From: Halobacteriales archaeon QS_8_69_26
Lineage (GTDB): Archaea; Halobacteriota; Halobacteria; Halobacteriales; SW-7-71-33
Reading direction: 5' to 3'
Length of the DNA stretch: 64,000 nucleotides
Assembly: GCA_003023195.1 (NCBI GenBank)
Contig: PXRX01000022.1
Coordinates: 14,041 to 78,040, forward strand
Shown here: positions 40,388 to 50,996 of the stretch, in pieces
How the letters are laid out: each line of letters begins with the position of its first letter
Numbering within the stretch: the first letter of the stretch is position 1
Made by a program: the position numbers and the translations under genes
Notes under the pieces: generated by a model
Database searches by the model: none
Seen by the model: only the letters and a program-made list of their open reading frames with translations
What the model was told of the DNA's origin: nothing

Positions 40388-42109
40388 TCACTCGACGACC
40401 GGCCGCGCCTCTTCGGCCTCCTCCGGAAGCGGCCCGTGGAGGTGGCAGGCGGCAGGGTGGTCCTCGTCGCCGAGGTGTGGGTGATAGCGTTCACAGACGC
40501 TCTCGTAGCGCTCCCGGAGGTGGTCGGCGGCGTCCTGGTACTCGCCCTCGGCCAGTACCTCCAGCGCCTCGTCGACGTACGAGCGGTGGTTGGGCGGCAG
40601 GTCGACTTCGAGCAGTCGGTCGGCCAGTTCCTGTGCGACTATCCGGTCCTCGGCCTGCTGGCGGGCGGTCCGGAGGCTCACCTCGCGGTCTTCGATCCGC
40701 TGGCGCAGGTCCGTCACCGCCCGGTACTGGTCCTGCTCCAGGCCGACGTCCTCGGGCGGGATCACCTCCGGACAGCGCGTCCGGAACCGGCAGCCGGAGG
40801 GGGGATCCCGTGGCGAGGGAACGTCGACGTTCAGGGTCTCGATGTCGCGTTCGCGTTCGCCCATCGCTGCCCGCGGGACGTTGTCGAGCAACACCTCGGT
40901 GTAGGGATGTCGGGGGGACTCGAACAGGTCTTCGGCGTCCCCGAGTTCGACGATCTCGCCGAGGTACATCACCGCGACGCGGTCGCAGATGTGCCTGATG
41001 ACCGAGAGGTCGTGGCTGATCAGCAGGTACGTCAGGCCGAACTCGTCCTGAAGTTCGTCGAGCAGGTTGAGGACCTGGGCCTGGACGCTGACGTCGAGTG
41101 CGCTGGTGGGTTCGTCGAGGACCACGAAGTCGGGGTCCAGTGCCAGCGCGCGGGCGATGGCGATCCGCTGGCGCTGGCCGCCCGAGAACTCGCTCGGGTA
41201 GCGGTCGAGCTGGTCGGCCGACAGTCCCACGCGCTCTATGAGGTACCGGACGCGCTCGCGGCGCTCCTCTTTCGTACCGACGTCGTGGACGTCCAGGGGC
41301 TGGCGGACCACGTCCCCGATGGTCATCCGTGGATCCAGGCTGGAGAACGGGTCCTGGAAGACGATCGCCGTCCGCCGGCGGAACTCCGACGGCGTGATGA
41401 AGACCCGTCTGCGCACGAGGAGGTAAACGAAGAGTCCGAGGCCCGCGACCACCCCCACGCCGGCCGGACCCCCCGCGACCGACAGCGTCGGGAGCGAGAG
41501 GGCGACCGCGAGGACGGCCACCCCGGTTGCCAGCCGCCAGCCCCACGCCTCGACGGTCCAGAGGCCGTAGGCGGTCCCGACGGACGCCAGGCCGTGCAGG
41601 AGCCACGCGCCCCCGAGGACAACGATCCACGTGGGGTACTCGGCCGCCGCGGTGACGACGGACCCACCACCGGCGACCGCTACGACCCCGAGGACGGCCA
41701 GGAGGACGCTCGATAGCTTCACCCCCACTGGCGGGTCCGCGGTCGACGACGGGACCGACCCGTCGATCCCGTCGATCGATTCGCCGTCGAAGGCGACGGA
41801 TCCGTCGGTCGCCTCCTGGAGGTTGAGCAGGGTCTCGCCGGCCGTGGACTTGCCACACCCCGACTCGCCGACCAGGCCGAGGGTCTCGCCCTCGTAGATG
41901 TCGAAGGAGATGCCGTCGACCGCCTGGATGGAGACGGGTCCCCGGTCGAGCAGTCTGTCGTACAGGGAGTCGTGTTCGTAGAAGTACTTCGTCAGCTCCC
42001 GGACCGACACCAGCGGATCGTCCCCTGCGTCGGCCGTCCGGTCGCTCCCGGTCGGCATCCCCTCGGGGATCGGTTCCCGGTCCTCTACTCCGTCGGCGGT
42101 CTCAGTCAT
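40388..42109 (-). CDS. Peptide ABC transporter ATPase (DppF/OppF-like) with internal membrane insertion
   Basis: GESGCGKS, FQDP, FSGGQRQR, DEPTSALD, GCRFRTRCP. Confidence 0.92.
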   Translation of the reverse strand: MTETADGVEDREPIPEGMPTGSDRTADAGDDPLVSVRELTKYFYEHDSLYDRLLDRGPVSIQAVDGISFDIYEGETLGLVGESGCGKSTAGETLLNLQEATDGSVAFDGESIDGIDGSVPSSTADPPVGVKLSSVLLAVLGVVAVAGGGSVVTAAAEYPTWIVVLGGAWLLHGLASVGTAYGLWTVEAWGWRLATGVAVLAVALSLPTLSVAGGPAGVGVVAGLGLFVYLLVRRRVFITPSEFRRRTAIVFQDPFSSLDPRMTIGDVVRQPLDVHDVGTKEERRERVRYLIERVGLSADQLDRYPSEFSGGQRQRIAIARALALDPDFVVLDEPTSALDVSVQAQVLNLLDELQDEFGLTYLLISHDLSVIRHICDRVAVMYLGEIVELGDAEDLFESPRHPYTEVLLDNVPRAAMGERERDIETLNVDVPSPRDPPSGCRFRTRCPEVIPPEDVGLEQDQYRAVTDLRQRIEDREVSLRTARQQAEDRIVAQELADRLLEVDLPPNHRSYVDEALEVLAEGEYQDAADHLRERYESVCERYHPHLGDEDHPAACHLHGPLPEEAEEARPVVE

Positions 42110-43322
42110 CGTCGGCCACCTCCCCGGCCGTTCCCTGGCCGACGGTCAGCTCCTCGAAGTGGTCGTCCGGGAGCGCCCTCGCGGGGTCGTACGGGTGGTC
42201 GGCCAGGACGCACTTGGCAACGTGGTCCTCGCTGCCCTCGGCGGAAATGTCCGGGGGCTTGTCGAGACACTCCTCCATGGCCTTCGGGCAGCGGTCGGCG
42301 AAGTAACACCGGTCGCCCATCTCGTGGTCCAGGAGGCTCGGAACGTTCCCCTCGATGGGTTCGAGCCGGCCCCCCACCGACTCGATGTCCGGGATCGACC
42401 CCAGGAGTCCCGCCGTGTAGGGGTGGACCTGCCGCTGGAAGATGTCGCCCAGCGTCCCGCGTTCGACGACCTCGCCGGCGTACATCACGCCGACCCGGTC
42501 GCACATCCGGGCGATCACCCCGAGGTTGTGGGTGATGAGGACGATCGTCATCCCGGTCTCCTCCTGGAGGTCCCGGAGGATGTCCAGCACTTGGGCCTGG
42601 ATGGTCACGTCCAGGGCCGTCGTCGGTTCGTCGGCGATCAACACGTCGGGTTCGCCCGCCAGCGCCTGGGCGATCATCGCCCGCTGTAACATCCCGCCGG
42701 AGTACTCGTGGGGGTACTCGTCGGTCCGCTGGGCGGGGTCCGGGATCCCGACCATGTCGAGCAACTCGACGGCCCGCTTGCGACCCGCCTCGGTGACGAA
42801 CCTCCTGGACGGGAGTACCGTCGAGAGCACGAGCGAGGACAGCGAGTACTCGACGGACTTTGTCCTGGCCTTCGTCGAACGGGGGTTCGCGGTCGCCCGG
42901 CGCTGGACCTCGACGGCCTCCGCGATCTGCTCGCCGACCGTGAGGCTCGGGTTGAAACTGCTCATCGGGTCCTGGAAGATCATGCTGAACGACGACCCCC
43001 GGAGGGACTTCCGGGCGTCCTCTGGGATCGAGAGCAGGTCGACGAACTCGCCGTCGACCGCCTCGGGGTGGGTGTCTGCGACGGCCTCGGCCAGGTCAGC
43101 GTTGCGGTACTCGATCCGGCCGTCGGTGATCTCGCCGGGCGAATCGATCAGGTCCATGATCGACAGCGCCGTGACGCTCTTGCCGCTACCGCTCTCGCCG
43201 ACGATGCCGAACACCTCCCCGCGCTCGACGGTCAGGTCGAGGTTCGACACCGCGTTCACCTGCCCCTCGTTGGTGAAAAACCGGGCCGAGAGGTCGCTGA
43301 TCCGGAGGATCTCCTCGCTCAT
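42102..43322 (-). CDS. Peptide ABC transporter ATPase (DppD/OppD-like)
   Basis: GESGSGKS, YSGGMLQR, DEPTTALD. Confidence 0.93.
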   Translation of the reverse strand: MSEEILRISDLSARFFTNEGQVNAVSNLDLTVERGEVFGIVGESGSGKSVTALSIMDLIDSPGEITDGRIEYRNADLAEAVADTHPEAVDGEFVDLLSIPEDARKSLRGSSFSMIFQDPMSSFNPSLTVGEQIAEAVEVQRRATANPRSTKARTKSVEYSLSSLVLSTVLPSRRFVTEAGRKRAVELLDMVGIPDPAQRTDEYPHEYSGGMLQRAMIAQALAGEPDVLIADEPTTALDVTIQAQVLDILRDLQEETGMTIVLITHNLGVIARMCDRVGVMYAGEVVERGTLGDIFQRQVHPYTAGLLGSIPDIESVGGRLEPIEGNVPSLLDHEMGDRCYFADRCPKAMEECLDKPPDISAEGSEDHVAKCVLADHPYDPARALPDDHFEELTVGQGTAGEVADDD

Positions 43323-43323
43323 C

Positions 43324-44343
43324 TCAGGCACCCCGCTCGCTGCCTTCGATGTTCGGGTCCAGCGCGTCCCGGAACCAGTCGCCGAGCAGGTTGACGCTGA
43401 TGACGCTCAAGACGATCCCGATCCCCGGCAGCATCGACACCCAGGGACGGGTTCTGAGGACGTCCTGTCCGCGCTCTATCTCGTAGCCCCACGAGAGGGT
43501 CGTCCCCGAGAAGCCGAGGTACGCGAGCGAGGCCTCGATCAGGATGATCACCGCGATCTGGATCGTCGCGAGGACGATTATCGGGGTAACGCTGTTCGGG
43601 AGCACGTGCTTGAGCAAGATCGCGCCGTTGTGCTCGCCCATGCTCTTTGCCGCCTTGACGTACTCCTCGTTGCGCAGGGACAGCGCCTCCCCCCGGGAGA
43701 CCCGCGCGAACCAGACCCACGTCACCAGTGCGACGACGACCGTGACCGACCCGGGGATCGGGATCGACTCGGGCATCCCGCTCGCGATCCCGAGGTCCAG
43801 GTACTCCGACCCCATGACGATCGGGTCCGGTATCCGTATCGGTTGCTGGCCGAAGACGCCGATCAGCGCCAGCGCCAGCACCAGCGACGGGAACGCGAGC
43901 ATGACGTCTGCCAGTCGCATCAGGCCGTCGTCGACCCGCCCGCCGTAGTACCCGGCGACGAGTCCGAACGGGACGCCGATCACGAGCGCCAGGCTGACGC
44001 CGAACAGGCCCACCAGCAGCGACACCCGTGCGCCGTAGAGGAACCGCGAGTAGACGTCCTGCCCGACGGTGTTGGTCCCCAGTAGGTGCTCGCTGGTCGC
44101 GGTGATCCGGACCTCGCCGATCTCGCCACCCTGTGCGACCGTCGTCGTGTAGTCGAAGCCTGGCGGCGGGTAGGGCCCGCCGTTCTCGTGGAAGTAGCCG
44201 GTCCTGGTGGGGTCGTGCGTCGCCAGCACCGGCGCGAACACCGCCATCAGGACGATCGTGGCGAGCAACAGCACCCCGACCTTCGGGAGGAGGCTGTTCC
44301 GGAACGTCTGGCGCAGGTTCGACTTGACCCGGTTCGAGATCAT
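43324..44343 (-). CDS. Peptide ABC transporter permease (DppC-like)
   Basis: HLLGT..GQD, GARVSL, YVKAAKSMG, KHVLPN. Confidence 0.93.
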   Translation of the reverse strand: MISNRVKSNLRQTFRNSLLPKVGVLLLATIVLMAVFAPVLATHDPTRTGYFHENGGPYPPPGFDYTTTVAQGGEIGEVRITATSEHLLGTNTVGQDVYSRFLYGARVSLLVGLFGVSLALVIGVPFGLVAGYYGGRVDDGLMRLADVMLAFPSLVLALALIGVFGQQPIRIPDPIVMGSEYLDLGIASGMPESIPIPGSVTVVVALVTWVWFARVSRGEALSLRNEEYVKAAKSMGEHNGAILLKHVLPNSVTPIIVLATIQIAVIILIEASLAYLGFSGTTLSWGYEIERGQDVLRTRPWVSMLPGIGIVLSVISVNLLGDWFRDALDPNIEGSERGA

Positions 44344-45392
44344 TCAACGCTCACCCGTGGGTCGAGGTAGGTGTACAGTGCGTCGACCACGATGTTGATC
44401 ACGACGAACATGAGAGCGACGAAGAGGATGATTCCCTGCATGAGCGGCCAGTCGCGGATGCTCAACGCGTCGATCAGGCGGAGGCCGAGGCCCGGCCAGT
44501 TGAACACGGTCTCGGTGATCACGGCCCCGCCCATCAGCGTCCCCATCTGGAGGCCCAGCACGGTGACGATGGGGATCATGGTGTTTCGCAGCACGTGCTT
44601 GTACCGGATCAGGACCCCGGGCAGGCCCTTGGCCTCGGTCGCCGTGACGTAGGCCTTGCCGATCTCGTCTATCATACCGCTCCGCGTGAGCCGCGTGATC
44701 AGGGCGGTGAAGTACGTCCCGAGGGTGATCGCCGGGAGCGTGACGTGGCGGAGCCAGGTCAGCAGTTCGTCGAACGAGCCGTCACGGACGATCGCCATCA
44801 GCCCCTCGACGAACCCCGCGCCGCGCCGCCCCGTCGGCAGGTCGATGAACCCGATACCGAACCGGACCGACAGGTCCGAGGAGATGCCCAGCGACGGATA
44901 CGGGATCCCGTACCAGACGCCCAGCACGAGGACGAGCATCAGCCCGAGCCAGAAGTTCGGGGTGGAGATCCCCAGCAGCGAGAACAGGGTCGCGCCGTAG
45001 TCGGCCGGCTGGTCCCGGCGGGTCGCGGAAATGACCCCGAGCGGGATCGCGATGAGGATCGCGATGACCGTCGCGGCGACCGCGAGTTCGATCGTCGCCG
45101 GAATGCGCTCTATCACCATCGCCTCGACCTCCCGCTCGGACCGCCAGGAGTAGCCCAGGTCGCCCTGCAACAGGTCGGTCACGTAGTCGAAGTACTGGAC
45201 GTATATCGGCTCGTTCAGGCCCTCTTCTTCTCGCACGCGCTCGATGAGGTTCCGTGTCGCCCCTTGCCCCAGCATCAGCGTCGCCGGGTCACCGGGAGAC
45301 ACCGCCCGCATCCCGAACAGGGCAGTGACGACCCCCCAGATAACGAAGACTCCCTGGAGGGTCCGCCGGAACAGGAATTTCCCCATCGACAT
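44340..45392 (-). CDS. Peptide ABC transporter permease (DppB-like)
   Basis: PGDPA, GDLGYS, TPNFWLG, ETVFNWPGLG. Confidence 0.93.
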   Translation of the reverse strand: MSMGKFLFRRTLQGVFVIWGVVTALFGMRAVSPGDPATLMLGQGATRNLIERVREEEGLNEPIYVQYFDYVTDLLQGDLGYSWRSEREVEAMVIERIPATIELAVAATVIAILIAIPLGVISATRRDQPADYGATLFSLLGISTPNFWLGLMLVLVLGVWYGIPYPSLGISSDLSVRFGIGFIDLPTGRRGAGFVEGLMAIVRDGSFDELLTWLRHVTLPAITLGTYFTALITRLTRSGMIDEIGKAYVTATEAKGLPGVLIRYKHVLRNTMIPIVTVLGLQMGTLMGGAVITETVFNWPGLGLRLIDALSIRDWPLMQGIILFVALMFVVINIVVDALYTYLDPRVSVE

Positions 45393-45593
45393 CGGAGTGT
45401 TTCAAACCGATCGTGCGACCATAATGATGCTTTCGCATCGCCGTCCGACGACGCACCGATCGCACCGTTCTCGGGAGGGTAGTGACGTCCCCGCAAATCC
45501 GCGGGTGACGGCCCCCGACGGATCCGTGGGTGACGGTTTCATAGCGGGCGTGTCGGGAAAAACGAATTTTATCGGGAGTCGACCGGTCGGCCG

Positions 45594-47225
45594 TTACGAC
45601 ATTCCCCAGATGTAGACCGTCTCGTCCTCGCGGGGCTCCCACTGGATCTGCTCGTTGACGCCGTAGATGCTCTCCTGGACGTGGAGGAACAGCCACGGGG
45701 CCTTCTCGTGGGCCAGCTCCATGACCTCCTGGAGCTGCTGGGTCCGCTCCTCGGGGTCTTCCATCTGCTGGCTCTCCAGGATCGCCTGGCTGAGCTCCTC
45801 GTCGTCGAAGGTCCGGCTCGGGTTGTCCGGGATGGTGAAGAAGCCCTGGGTCCCGTAGTCGGCGTCGCCGGTGATGGTCCCCCACCCGATCATGTAGAAC
45901 GGGTGCTCGATGTTCTCGGGCTCGACGCCGGCGGAATTCTCGTCGGAGACGACCGGGAACTCGACGATGTTGGCCTCGCAGCTGACGTTGCTGAGCTGGT
46001 CGATCTGGTCGGCCGCGGTCTCGGCGACCTGGGCGTCGTTGAGGTACCGGCCCTGCGGGGCGGTCAGCGTGATCTCGGCACCGCCGTAGCCGCTCTCCTC
46101 GACGAGGCTCTCGGCCATCGCGACGTCCTGCTCGTAGGGCTCGATGTCGGGGTTGTAGCCGTTGATCCCCGGGGCGACCGGCTGGCCGACGGGTTCGCCG
46201 AACCCGGAGAGGACGTTCTCGACGATGCCCTCGTTGTCGACCGCGTAGTTCATCGCCTGCCGGAACTCCTGGCTGTCGAACGGCTCGACCGTGTTCTTCA
46301 TCGGGCAGAACACGGTCCGGAAGCTCGTCACCCGGCGGATCTCGACGCCCTCGGCGTTCTGGACCGTCGAAACGTCCTCGGGCAGCACGTTGATCGTGAG
46401 GTCGGTCTCGCCGGCTTCCAGGGCGGCCACGCGGCCACTGGACTGGTTGTTGGCGTTGAACGTGACCGTCTCGAAGGGCGGTTCGTCGCCCCAGTAGTCG
46501 TCGAACGCCTCCAGGACGATCTCCTCGCCCGAGGTGAACTCGACGACCTCGTAGGGACCCGTCCCGTTGAACGTGTCGGCGGACGAGCCGGCGATCGCGC
46601 CGTTCTCGGCGTCGTGGTTGTCGATCGCCCATTGCTTGTTCATGGCACGGGCGTAGTTACCGAACTCGAACTCCGCGAGACCGGGCGCGGCGGAGTAGTT
46701 CACCGCGACCGTCGTGTCGTCGACTGCCTCCGCGCCCTCGATCGATCCCAGTCCGAAGGTACCGATCGGGCTCTGGACCCCGATGTCCGGGTCGAGCGTC
46801 CGGTTCATGGTCCACGCGACGTCTTCGGCCGTGAGGTCGTCGCCGTTGTGGAACACCACGTCGTCCCGGAGGTACAGTTCAGTGGTGCCGTCGCCCTGGG
46901 CCTCCCAGTCGTCGACCACTCGCGGGAAGATCCCCTCGCCCGGTTCGAAGTCGAACAGGGGCTCGTAGATGTGGTCGTACACGTCGAAGTAGTCGCCTGT
47001 GATGTGGTCGAGGGGGTCCTGGGTGTCCGGGAACTGCGACAGCGTGATGGTGATCTCGTCGAGGTCACTCATGTCACCGTCGTCGGTCCCGTCGCCGGTG
47101 TCGCCTTCGTCACCCTCGTCGCCGTCACCGAGACAGCCCGCCGTCGTGACGAGCGTCCCGGTCGCGGCGATGCTACTGTACCTGAGGAACGTACGCCGAT
47201 CGGTGGATCGATCCTTCCGCGGCAT
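45594..47225 (-). CDS. Peptide ABC transporter substrate-binding Tat lipoprotein (family 5)
   Basis: DRRTFL, AGC lipobox, FHNG..LTAEDV, GTGPY; TATA-like element about 28 nt upstream supports this start. Confidence 0.93.
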   Translation of the reverse strand: MPRKDRSTDRRTFLRYSSIAATGTLVTTAGCLGDGDEGDEGDTGDGTDDGDMSDLDEITITLSQFPDTQDPLDHITGDYFDVYDHIYEPLFDFEPGEGIFPRVVDDWEAQGDGTTELYLRDDVVFHNGDDLTAEDVAWTMNRTLDPDIGVQSPIGTFGLGSIEGAEAVDDTTVAVNYSAAPGLAEFEFGNYARAMNKQWAIDNHDAENGAIAGSSADTFNGTGPYEVVEFTSGEEIVLEAFDDYWGDEPPFETVTFNANNQSSGRVAALEAGETDLTINVLPEDVSTVQNAEGVEIRRVTSFRTVFCPMKNTVEPFDSQEFRQAMNYAVDNEGIVENVLSGFGEPVGQPVAPGINGYNPDIEPYEQDVAMAESLVEESGYGGAEITLTAPQGRYLNDAQVAETAADQIDQLSNVSCEANIVEFPVVSDENSAGVEPENIEHPFYMIGWGTITGDADYGTQGFFTIPDNPSRTFDDEELSQAILESQQMEDPEERTQQLQEVMELAHEKAPWLFLHVQESIYGVNEQIQWEPREDETVYIWGMS

Positions 47226-47541
47226 GGCTAAAACCATGACCAACAGTCACATATATTTGATGATCTCTAGCGATAGAGGGCTATGTACTCGATCTCCAGT
47301 TAATTTGTGTTCTGGTGCGTTCCGGGCAGGGTCGGGGACTCACCACTCCCGGCCTCTCACCCCGCGAACGGGGCGGTATCTCCCGGACACGGCACGGACG
47401 ACGGTTCCGATCTCCCGGGGGAATTGGAAGGGCAGGCGCCGGGAGGTCCTCTCGGCTCCGACGACGCAAGCCTCCGGAGGGCTCGCACAGATCACCGCGA
47501 ATCCGCCCGATACTGGGGGTGCCGGTCGGAGCCCGGCCCGC

Positions 47542-48240
47542 TCAGTCGGTTTCCACGTCGACGTCGCCCGCCTCGACCGAGTCCCGGTCGCGGTCCCCGA
47601 CCAGTTCCTCGGTGATCGCCCGGATCACCGCCTCGGGGTCCCCGTCGCCGCCCGCTCTCGCGACGCTCCCGACGCTGTCGGGGTCGAAGTCCACGCCCAG
47701 TGCCCCGTACACCGGGTCCAGCACCGCGGCGATGGCGCGGTGCTCCCGGACGACGCAGATGCCGCCCGTGACCGCGGCGTCCTGGCGGACTCGCTGGGCG
47801 AGGCCGACCACCTTCCCGTCGGCCTGCAGGGAGTGGGTGCCCGGGCAGAACGACTCGGGTGGTTCGCCCTCCGCGGCGTCGACGCCGACCGTCCGGAGCG
47901 CACGGCGGACCGCCGCCGTGGTCCGGTCGTAGCGGTCGCCGATACCCTCCCGTCCACCGGCCTCGACGGCGACGAACGCGACGGTCGTCCCGGTGTAGGC
48001 CACCGCCCGGCCGCCCGTCTCGCGGAGTACCGGCGGGTAGCCTCGTTCGCGGGCCGCCCGTCGCGCCCGGTCGTACCCATCCAGCGTGGCGTCGCGCCGG
48101 CCGAACGCGACCTGCCGGTGCGGTTGCCAGGCCCGCACCGCTTCCCGCCCGTCCTCGCCGGCCCGGTCGACCAGCGCCGCCGTCACCCGTCGGTCGGCCT
48201 CGATGGATCCGGCCCGGCCCCTGACCACTCGAACGCTCAC
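47542..48240 (-). CDS. Lipoate-protein ligase A-like catalytic domain protein
   Basis: RETGGRAV, FCPG, GKVVGLAQR; GTG start inferred. Confidence 0.85.
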   Translation of the reverse strand: MSVRVVRGRAGSIEADRRVTAALVDRAGEDGREAVRAWQPHRQVAFGRRDATLDGYDRARRAARERGYPPVLRETGGRAVAYTGTTVAFVAVEAGGREGIGDRYDRTTAAVRRALRTVGVDAAEGEPPESFCPGTHSLQADGKVVGLAQRVRQDAAVTGGICVVREHRAIAAVLDPVYGALGVDFDPDSVGSVARAGGDGDPEAVIRAITEELVGDRDRDSVEAGDVDVETD

Positions 48241-48291
48241 GGTCGGGGTAGGAGCCGACGCGTATAAACGCTCCCGACCCGGAGTCGCCGT

Positions 48292-49293
48292 GTGGTCGAT
48301 CCCGACGACTCCACCGGGGGCACGGGCCCGTCTAATGGCTCCGATGCCGGGCCGTCCGACGGCCCCGATTCCGGGCGGTCGGGCGGGACGGATACCCCTC
48401 CCGCCGCCGATCCCTCGGGTGGTGACGATCCGACCCCTTCGGCGGTCACCCTGCCCCCCGACCTGCTCGGCCGGTACCGTCGCTTCTCCCTGTACAATTC
48501 CCCGTACGCGGCCCACGACGAGGGCCACGCTGTCGACCTCTACCCCGACCCGGGGGCGGCACCGTCGCCGGTCGCCGGCGAGGTACTCGACGTCCGGTCC
48601 GTGTCGGCGCCCCCGAAGCCCTACGCCGAGGCGGAGGACCACCTGATCCTGATCCGCGTCGCTGACGGCGTCGTCGACGCCCGGGAGGGCCTGGTCGCCC
48701 GGGTCCTCCACGCAGACCCCGCGGTCGAACCGGGCGAGTGGGTCGCCGCCGGCGAGGACCTTGGCCGGACGATCCGGTCGGGCTTTTTCGCCCCCTGGGT
48801 CGGCGACCACCTCCACGTCGGCTTCCGCCCGCCCGACGGGAACCACTACCGCGCGTCCGGGTCGCTCCCGGTCGCCGCCGGCGTGTCGGTCGATCCCCTC
48901 CCCTGGGACGGCCGGGGGACCGTCGTCGAACGCGGCGACACCTACGCCGTCCTCGACCGGCCGGTCCACCCCGCCCCCGGCGATCGCTGGGCGGGGATCG
49001 CGACCGACGGCGGCGGCGTCCTCGACGGCGGGTTCCCCCACTACGACGGCGGCGGGATCCTTCCGGACGGCGATCCCCCCGATGGAGAGGTGACGGCGGT
49101 GGAACTGCTCGGGACGGGGATCGGAACGGCCACCGGCCGGACCGTCGAGTGGGCCGACCGCACGGTCCGGGCGAACGGCGAGGCAGTCACCGGCCTGTCG
49201 CTGTCCCTCGGCCGGGACCGGGCGGGTGCCAAACTGGTCTGTCCGGACGCCACGTTCGAGGTCGGGACCGAGGTTCGAGTCCGGATCGAGTGA
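48292..49293 (+). CDS. Conserved haloarchaeal protein with M23/LytM-like motifs
   Basis: H...D (AHDEGHAVD), SPVAGEV and HLH motifs. Confidence 0.65.
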   Translation: MVDPDDSTGGTGPSNGSDAGPSDGPDSGRSGGTDTPPAADPSGGDDPTPSAVTLPPDLLGRYRRFSLYNSPYAAHDEGHAVDLYPDPGAAPSPVAGEVLDVRSVSAPPKPYAEAEDHLILIRVADGVVDAREGLVARVLHADPAVEPGEWVAAGEDLGRTIRSGFFAPWVGDHLHVGFRPPDGNHYRASGSLPVAAGVSVDPLPWDGRGTVVERGDTYAVLDRPVHPAPGDRWAGIATDGGGVLDGGFPHYDGGGILPDGDPPDGEVTAVELLGTGIGTATGRTVEWADRTVRANGEAVTGLSLSLGRDRAGAKLVCPDATFEVGTEVRVRIE

Positions 49294-49388
49294 AGTCAAC
49301 ACGCTCGGTCGACCGATCCGGTCCGTCCACGCCGGGGATCGAACGGGGAAAACTAACCGGGAGGGGGTCGAAGACCGGGGAGCGGCGG

Positions 49389-49838
49389 ATGCCCTCGATA
49401 GAACTGACCACGGTGATCGACGCCCCCGTCGAACGGGTGTTCGACGCCGCGCGGGACGTCGACCGGCACGCCGAGACGATGGCCGACCACGGCGAACGGG
49501 CCGTCGCGGGCGTGACCGAGGGCCGCCTGGCGGCCGACGACACCGTCACCTGGCGGTCCAGGCACTTCGGGGTTCCCCTGGAGTTGACGGTCCGGACCAC
49601 CGAGATGGACCGGCCGCAGTTCTTCCGGGACGAACAGGTCGACGGACCCTTCCGGGAGATGCGACACGACCACCGGTTCGAGCGACTCGGGCCGGGCCGG
49701 ACGAAGACGGTCGACGACTTCCGGTTCGCCTCGCCGCTCGGCCCGGTCGGATCGGTCGTCGACGCCCTCGTCCTCGAACGGTACATGCGCCGACTCCTCT
49801 CGAAGCGCAACCGGGCGCTCCGGGACGCCGTGGAGTGA
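49389..49838 (+). CDS. SRPBCC family protein
   Basis: IDAPVERVFD, DEQVDGPF...HDHRF. Confidence 0.88.
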   Translation: MPSIELTTVIDAPVERVFDAARDVDRHAETMADHGERAVAGVTEGRLAADDTVTWRSRHFGVPLELTVRTTEMDRPQFFRDEQVDGPFREMRHDHRFERLGPGRTKTVDDFRFASPLGPVGSVVDALVLERYMRRLLSKRNRALRDAVE

Positions 49839-49882
49839 TCGGCCGGGCTTCGGCCGGTACACACTGGGGCGGCGACACCTCC

Positions 49883-50362
49883 TCACCCGTGTCGCTCCCG
49901 GTGTCGCTCCTTCAGGCGCTGGTAGCGGTCGTCCTCGCGGACCCGGTCGAGGTACTCCCTGTAGACCAGGGAGATCTCCCGCTTCTCCTCGTCGTACCAC
50001 CGCTGTGGTTCGCGCTCGGTCCCGTCGTCCTCGCGCTTCCGGCCGCCGGGGTACTTCGCGTACCGGAGCGCCCGGGTCCACCCCATCTGGAGGTACTTGC
50101 GGGCCACGTCCATGCCGACGAAGTCCGCTTCGCGGCGGTACTCGCGGAACCGGTCGTGGATGGCCTCGGCACCCTCCTCGGCCTCCGCCAGGGTCGCGAT
50201 CCCCCACAGGGGCAGGAGTTCGTCCTTGTAGGGCTGGACCTTGAACGCCCCCGTCTCGTCGGGCGTGTGGACGTACCGGTCGGGGTTGGCCCGGAAGTCG
50301 AGGTCGTACTCGGGGCCGTCCTCCACCGTCGGGACCTCCCCGCGGACGACGTCGTCGCTCAC
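49883..50362 (-). CDS. DUF4385-like protein
   Basis: PYKDELLPLW, DFVGMDVARKYLQMG.TRA.RYA. Confidence 0.8.
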   Translation of the reverse strand: MSDDVVRGEVPTVEDGPEYDLDFRANPDRYVHTPDETGAFKVQPYKDELLPLWGIATLAEAEEGAEAIHDRFREYRREADFVGMDVARKYLQMGWTRALRYAKYPGGRKREDDGTEREPQRWYDEEKREISLVYREYLDRVREDDRYQRLKERHRERHG

Positions 50363-50423
50363 GGGCGTCGCTCGGGGCCGGTCGGACGCGGGGCTGTCGG
50401 TTCCGGCAGGATACCGGGGGGAG

Positions 50424-50996
50424 TCAGGCGAAGGAAACCTCGTCGAGACCGACGACCTCGCCGAACAGGAAGTCGGCGTGGTCCAGGGCGTACTCGCGGT
50501 GGCCCGGTTCGATGCAGCCGACGGCGTCCTCGACGAGTACCGGCCGGTAGTCGCGCAACCCCGCGGATCCGGCGGTGTGCAGCACGCAGACGTTCGCCAG
50601 GGTGCCACAGATCACCAGGTCGTCGATCCCCCGTGCGGTGAGCCAGCCGTCGAGTTCGGTCTCGTGGAACGCGTCGTACGTGTGCTTCTCGACGACGTGG
50701 TCGTCCTCGTGGACGGATAGCTCCTCGACCAGTTCGGCCTCCTGGGACCCTTCGAGGACGTGTTCCCCCCAGCGCTCGAACTCGTCGTAGTAGTGGGCGT
50801 CCTCGAACTGCTCGGGCGGGTGGACGTCCCGGGTGAACACGACCTGCGTGCCGGCCTCGCGGGCCCGGTCGACCAGTCGCGCCACGGGCGCTACGACCTC
50901 CTCGCTGCCGGGCGCGTACAGGGACCCGTCGGGGTGACAGAAGCCGTTCTGCATGTCCACCGCGACGAGGGCGGTCGAGTCGGTGTCGAACTCCAT
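50424..50996 (-). CDS. Cysteine hydrolase (isochorismatase family)
   Basis: VDMQNGF, K.TYDAF, ANVCVLHT. Confidence 0.93.
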   Translation of the reverse strand: MEFDTDSTALVAVDMQNGFCHPDGSLYAPGSEEVVAPVARLVDRAREAGTQVVFTRDVHPPEQFEDAHYYDEFERWGEHVLEGSQEAELVEELSVHEDDHVVEKHTYDAFHETELDGWLTARGIDDLVICGTLANVCVLHTAGSAGLRDYRPVLVEDAVGCIEPGHREYALDHADFLFGEVVGLDEVSFA

